Of a stretch of 64,000 bases of DNA, positions 57,454 through 64,000 are shown in pieces. The notes beneath the pieces were generated by a model. The model had not been told where the DNA came from. It worked only from the letters and a program-made list of their open reading frames with translations, and did no database searches. A program made the position numbers and the translations under genes. The first letter of the stretch is position 1. Every line of letters begins with the position of its first letter. Source of the stretch: Octopus vulgaris (taxonomy: Eukaryota); assembly GCA_951406725.2 (NCBI GenBank), contig OX597831.1, positions 54,188,001 to 54,252,000 on the forward strand. Direction: 5' to 3'.

Positions 57454-58749
57454 TGTATGTATGTATTTATGTGTATGTATATATACATATATATATATAT
57501 GTATGTATTTATGTGTATGTATGTGTATGTATGTGTGTGTGTGTGTGTGTGTGTGTATTGATCGCGCTTAGTCTTGCCAGTCGTGTGTTAAATATGCTTC
57601 GCTTAGAAGGTCTAATCTTTTCTATTCTAGGCACAAGGCCCGAAATTGTTGGGGAGGGGGCCAGTCGATTAGATCGACTCCAGTACGAAACTGGTACTTA
57701 ATTTATCGACCCCGAAAGGATGAAAGGTAAAGTTGACCTCGGCGGAATTTGAACTCAGAACGTAATGACAGACAAAATACTGCTAAGCATTGCGCCCGTC
57801 GTGCTTAACGTTTCTGCCAGCTCGAAGGTCTAATAAGACCGAAATGTACCCATGCGTTCGACCGTAAGCTTTAAAGAGCAAACCCACTCTAGTCTATATT
57901 GCCTATATTGCTAAATAATTCCGATAAACATAATATTGGAGTTATCTCACTAGTTTGTTGATTTTTAAATTTTGGATAGGAAGTTTTTGTTTACTAATTG
58001 CATAGATAATCTCAGTTAATCGACATTTCACCCTACATGTGGGTGACGTGAGAGACTTCTGTGTCTGTATTCCCGGGGTTTTAATTTGCACCATAATACG
58101 CTTGCGTAACATACAAACACAGGTACAAACGTACATAAATTCCCAGATTGACGTAACCACAATATTGATTCAAAAAGGGAAAAAAGTATATGAATGAACT
58201 TTCTATATGACCATAATCCCATTTAGTAGCATAAACACAATTAAACATACATATTCATATTATGTACATACATACATACATACATACATACATACATACA
58301 TACATACATACATACATACATACATACATACATACCTGCGTAAAAAAACATACAAACACGCATATACAGAGACAGAGAGCGAGTGAGAGTGAGAAAAAGA
58401 GACAGAGGATGGGGGAGAGAGAGAAAGTGAGACAAAGAGGGAAAGAGAACAAAAATATAATTTCTTTAAACATTCAAATAGTGAATTACTTCAATTTGTG
58501 ATATTATATTTGTTTGTTGAGCCATTGTAAGAGTGTGACCATGTGCGCAAATGTGTGTGCATATGTGTGTGTATGTGTGAGAGAGAGAGAGCGGGAAGAG
58601 AGGGCGGAGTGTGAGTGTGTGTATGTGTGTGCGTGTGTACGTGCATGCCTGTGTGTGTATGTGTGTGTATGTGTGTGTGCGTGCGTCTATGTGTATGTGT
58701 GTTTTAAATGAATACGTCTTGAGATAAAGTGGAGGTGGAGTCTGATTCG

Positions 58750-58995
58750 TCTCCTATGTCACGTAGCCGTTTTAAAAGCTTCGGAATTCGTCATGTGCTT
58801 ACGTACATCAGTCACGAGGACATGCTGAAAAAAAAAAAGCGAGGGTTAAATATATAAAAAAAAAAAAACAAGCAAATAGGTGAAAAACAATGTATTACAG
58901 AGGTGGGTCACGTGAGTAATTATTAGCAGGTAATCCAGTCGCCATTAACCCAGCGTCGACTTAATATATGGTGCATGTGGTCTGTTCATTCACAG
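58750..58995 (+). promoter_or_regulatory. Putative promoter of the tyrosinase-like gene with M-box/E-box cluster
   Basis: GTCATGTGCT at 58790-58799 (M-box core), GTCACGTGA 58907-58915, GTCACGTA 58758, GTCACGAG 58811, CATGTG 58974-58979, TAATCC 58931-58936, TATA-like TATATAAA 58851 and TAATATA 58962, Inr-like TCATT ~58986. Non-repetitive island directly upstream of the exon. Confidence 0.6.
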
Positions 58996-59169
58996 TAAAA
59001 CAGTTGTACGTTACGGAACTCTGGAGGATCTTAATGGCTTGCTAACAGTAACCAACGCAGGGGAGTGAAAATACATAGAAACTTGCAAAAACAAATTTTT
59101 TTGTTTTTTCTTTTTTTTTTACATTTTCAACTTAGGCAAAAAAAAATATATTTAAATATATTTACGAAT

Positions 59170-59317
59170 ATGCATCGCTATTTGGCTATGGATATTCCTC
59201 AAACATTTTCATGTTTTCTTTTCTTCACATTATTGCCCTCAATTTCTGCACAGTTTCCAAGAGTATGTGCGAAAAATGCCACCACTCCTGATGGAATTTG
59301 TTGTCCAACAAGGCCAG
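59170..59317 (+). CDS. First coding exon of a tyrosinase-family gene (TYR/TYRP1/DCT-like, Cys-rich N-terminus); gene continues downstream
   Basis: Translates MHRYLAMDIPQTFSCFLFFTLLPSISA|QFPRVCAKNATTPDGICCPTRP: hydrophobic signal peptide then QFPRxC-x9-CCP, the mature N-terminus of vertebrate TYRP1 (QFPRQC..CCP) and DCT (QFPRVC..CCP). Ends at a donor site CAG|GTAAAA (phase 1). Alternative start at ATG 59188. No second exon identified in the window. Confidence 0.8.
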
Positions 59318-59937
59318 GTAAAACCCCCTTTTATTTTCCGTTTTCTCTTTCTGGTATAAACTTTCTTTCAGGCATCTTTGTTTTTATGTTTCTTAGGAAA
59401 TGTTTCCCCTATTCTGGCACACAAAAAAAACCTCAACTTATCTATCATTTAACAAAAACAGTCATCGACCTCGCATTTTGCTAAGCTATTTCTTTTTATA
59501 TGGGTAGCAATGTGCGTCACAGTATCTACTTCCGTCTCTTTCTCCCCTTCTAGTTCAAATTTCATTATTATCTTCAATTATTACATTTTTCTTGGGTCAA
59601 TAAGGTAAGTACGAATATGGTAGCGGGACCGATGGACTGTAAGAAATTCAGTATTTGCGTATAATTCACCCTCTACAAATGATGGCCTTGTGTCTCGTCA
59701 AAATAAATCAATAGGACTTATAGATCTGGTTGCATTTATAGCAACACTGATAGTCTTAAACAGTTCGTTAATAACGGATAAACAAAACATTTGAAATATG
59801 TGTCAATTTTTCCGTGAACCATGTTAGTTTAAGTAAATTTAGATAAGTTTTTTTTAATTTTGATACAGCTTCGCTAGTTATCCCTCATCCAAACTTCAAA
59901 GTTTTCTAAATTTGGCAAGACGATATTGATGAAGGCG

Positions 59938-60007
<70 letters not shown>

Positions 60008-60755
60008 TAATAATGATAATGATGGTGGTGGTGGTGATGGTGGTGGTGGTGATGATGATGATGATGATGATAATCCTTTCTACTGTAGGCATAAGGCCTG
60101 AAATTTGAGGGAAGAGATTAAGTCGATTACATCGACCCCAGTGCATAACTGGTACTTTATTTAATCGACTCCGAATGGATGAAAGGCAAAGTTGAACTCA
60201 GCAGAATTTGAACACAGAACGTAGCGACAGACGAAATACCTATTTCTTTACTACCCACAAGGGGCTAAACACAGAGAGGACAAACAAGGGCAGACAAACG
60301 GATTAAGTCGATTACATCGACCCCAGTGCGTAACTGGTACTTATTTAATCGACCCCGAAAGGATGAAAGGCAAAGTCGACCTCGGCGGAATTTGAACTCA
60401 GGACGTAGCGGCAGACGAAATACTGCTAAGCATTTCGCCCTGCGTGCTAACGATTCTGCCAGCTCGCCTCCTTATGATGATAATAATAATAGTTGTTGTT
60501 GTTACTACAGCTGCTGTTGTTGTTGTTGTTGTTGTTGTTAAAGAGACATATTGCTGTTGGACAAAATGCTTAATGGCATTTTTTCCAGGTTCTTTGCGTT
60601 TGAAATTCAAATCTGACCGAAATAAACTTTGCCTTATATCCTTTCGCGATCGATAAAGTAAAGTACCAGTCAAGTACTTGGGTCGATGTAATCGACTTCC
60701 CAGCACCACGCTTTCCTCAAAATTGCTGACCTTGAGCCAAAATTAATAATAATAA

Positions 60756-60786
<31 letters not shown>

Positions 60787-60795
60787 AATAATAAT

Positions 60796-60875
<80 letters not shown>

Positions 60876-61494
60876 ATATAAATCTTCAGTATTAATACTT
60901 TTATTATTAAAAATGTTGTTGTTGTTGATGACGCCATGTACATCCTTCGTGCTTGTTTTGGGGGTAAAAAAAGGCGGGTGTGCAAGATTTCATTATTCAT
61001 GTCGATTGAACTTTTCCATTTATTGAACTTAAACTCTTCACGATTTCCTCATATGAAAGAATCGAAAAATATATCAATAACAATTTTAATTTTTTTTTTC
61101 TTTTATTTAATACCAACTTTGATTTTCCTTTTTTGTCCTTTTAATTTAAGCTAATTAGAACCATGATGTCGTTAGCTTTCGCGCAGCTGAAATCATATTT
61201 CTTTTATACTGATATACTGCGGACGGTAAAGACGAGTAACGACTCGGATTTAAATGTTTGCGCAGCTTTTAGTTATGTCTCTTTAAGTTCTGACTTCAAA
61301 TCTACGAAGCCTGTTTGGGTCTTTCTTCTCTTCGGGATTGACATAACTAAAAGCCGTCTTGTAGTGGTGTCAGTGTAATTGTGTGTACTCTTCCGCCAAA
61401 ATGTGTGCTTTGCGTCCAAGTTTGAAATTATAATTTCTGTATTTAACCTAATTCACATTATCTGCAATGCCATTATCGTATCTTAGTGCCTTCC

Positions 61495-61541
<47 letters not shown>

Positions 61542-61864
61542 AACTTATAAGTAAGGGCTAAAGAAAATTATTTCAAAGCCAATATGCTGATAACAGACTA
61601 TTAAATCGTCAATTTCCTGTGGAAGTTGTTTATAATTTTAACCGTAAAGGTATTTTAATATGCTGCGACATTTCTTGATGGAATTTTTTTCTGTAGAGAA
61701 AAAAACTTCATCCTATATTAGTAGTAGACTATATATATATATATTTAAATAATAAGGGTAAAAATTGAATATTAATTTGATTAATATCAATTTAAACCAG
61801 TGGCCAAGCATATTGAAAAAATCTGAAGATTCAGAAAAATTATATTACATACATATGTCCCTCT

Positions 61865-61896
<32 letters not shown>

Positions 61897-61997
61897 TGTA
61901 TGTATGTATGTATGTATGTATGTATGTATGTATGTATGTATGTATGTATGTATGTATGTATGTATGTATGTATGTATGTATGTATTTATTTATTTGT

Positions 61998-62042
<45 letters not shown>

Positions 62043-62129
62043 CACAGACAGCTAGACGGTCAGACAGACATACGGACGGACAGGCAGACAGACGGACAGG
62101 CAGACAGACGGACAGACAGACAGACGGAC

Positions 62130-62208
<79 letters not shown>

Positions 62209-62365
62209 AATACCTTTTTCAGTATCATTTCTCTGTGCTTTGCGTTATCACTCCTTGGTTTGATTTCTGCAGTAAGATATTAAGATCTTGTCGATATTTT
62301 AAGATCATGCCGCTATGTGTATTATAAGGGTGTCTATTTACTTCTGCCACGTCTGTCTGTCTGTT

Positions 62366-62418
<53 letters not shown>

Positions 62419-62437
62419 GTGTATATATATCTCTAAA

Positions 62438-62496
<59 letters not shown>

Positions 62497-62588
62497 TGTA
62501 TATATATATATATATATACGAGTATATATATATATATACATACATACATACATACATACATACATACATACATACATACATACATACA

Positions 62589-63892
62589 TAGGATGCGATG
62601 GATAAATTGTCGTCATTTTATATTTTTAATTTCGTGCATGCACATTTTTTGGTTTTAATTTTGTCGACTACACAGTATGGTAGGGTCGGTTGAGCACCGT
62701 CTGTGAGAAAAACAGCACCATGACACAATTCACTCTGCCAGAAATTTCGAAACGACATGCTGTACTGTTTAGCATTCGCGCCGGATGCTCCAATACGAAC
62801 ATTTCAGAATGTTTGGGTGTCAATATGAGGACAGTTCAGCGGGTTCTGAAAGAGTTGGACGAGTCTAATGATGATTATGAAGGTACGGCAGCTCGGAAAA
62901 CTCCCTCTAATCATTTGATAAGAAAAGAACACCTGAATTTTTTGATGAGATCCAGGTCATGATTGACAACGATCCCTTCAAGTCAATCAGGTCCATTGCC
63001 AAGGACATGGGAGTGTCTGAGTTTCTTATCAGGCAGGTGTTGCATGAAGACATTCGGTATTCCTCATGCAAGATGAGAAAGAGGCCATTTTTATTCCAAG
63101 CCGTCTAATTTTTATCCCAAGGACAAGAGGAAAGACCCCACTACGAAGCCTTTGAACAAACTCATGCATCCCCTCCAACCGAACATGCTTTGGTTTTTTT
63201 CTCAGACGAGAAAAACTTCTGCCAAGATCAGATGCTGAAAACAAGAACAATCGTTGGCTTGCCGTATCCCCAAAACATGTGCCGAGAGTGATAAAAATAA
63301 AACATCCAGTCAACATCAGGGTGTTTGGAGAGAACACTAGTGATGGCGGCGTTATGCCTCCATTCATCCTCCCACATGGCCTCAGACTCAACACGGAGGC
63401 CTACATCAAGTGCCTGGAGGAGATTAGTGCTGCTCTGAGTCAAGAGGGTGGCTACTGGAACACCCTATGTCTGGCAACAGAACTCTGGACCATGCTACAC
63501 AAGCAGGAAAACCCAGTCATACTGTCAGACAATTTCTGCGACCACATCACCCCTAATATCTGGCCACCAACCTCCTCCATACTGCAACCCACTTGATTAT
63601 TATGTGTGGTGTGCAGTTGAGTGAGAGATCAATAAAACTCCTTGTAATACATGAATTTAAGGCAAGGATTATGGCAGTATTCACCAACTTAAACAAGGAG
63701 ACTGTCCAGAAGTGTTGCAAGAGATTCCGAAATCGTCTGGAGGCCGTGGTTGAAGCCAATGGCAATTTTATTGAATACATTTACTCTCTAGTATTTGCAG
63801 ATATTTTTATGTAATTTTGGTTAATATATCTGTTAAAATGAGATGTCAGTGTTAACTTCATTGTTAGATGACAATTTATTCACTGTACACTG
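62589..63892 (+). mobile_element. Decayed Tc1/mariner transposon, DD37D (maT-like)
   Basis: Imperfect TIRs GGATAAATTGTCGTC / GATGACAATTTATTC; FFSDEKNF, VMPPFI, WQQ..., WPP..NPLDYYVW. About 37 residues between the last two catalytic positions after manual frameshift repair. Lies in the presumed first intron. Confidence 0.8.
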
Positions 63893-63948
63893 TATATACA
63901 TGCATACATACATACATATACATATATACATACATAAATACGTACGTA

Positions 63949-63985
<37 letters not shown>

Positions 63986-64000
63986 TCTTTACTTACATAT

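Noticed and set aside
59065-59484. 139-aa single-exon ORF from the track
   Set aside because: Only 59170-59317 resembles tyrosinase; the rest is 5' UTR and intron read-through.

Overview
AT-rich, microsatellite-saturated animal DNA. The SINE, Penelope, Helitron and Tc1 families resemble an octopod (cephalopod) genome; this is inferred, not proven. About 58 kb is intergenic and made of nested transposon debris: three tRNA-derived SINE families, Penelope-like elements (Naiad-type and Neptune-type), RTE, CR1 and R4/Dong LINE fragments, Helitron pieces, two decayed Tc1/mariner elements and several MITEs. Two things stand out. (1) The window holds a dense set of type I hammerhead ribozymes: 7 with intact cores and about 7 degenerate or variant ones. 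They include a near-perfect 533-bp non-coding tandem repeat with one ribozyme per unit (retrozyme-like) and several inverted Penelope pLTRs. (2) The only credible host gene is the first coding exon of a vertebrate-type (Cys-rich, signal-peptide) tyrosinase/TYRP1/DCT-like gene at 59170-59317. Its promoter carries a 10/11 match to the MITF M-box, further E-boxes and an Otx-type TAATCC site. Nearly all ORFs in the supplied track are microsatellite artefacts. Repeat boundaries were read by eye and are approximate.
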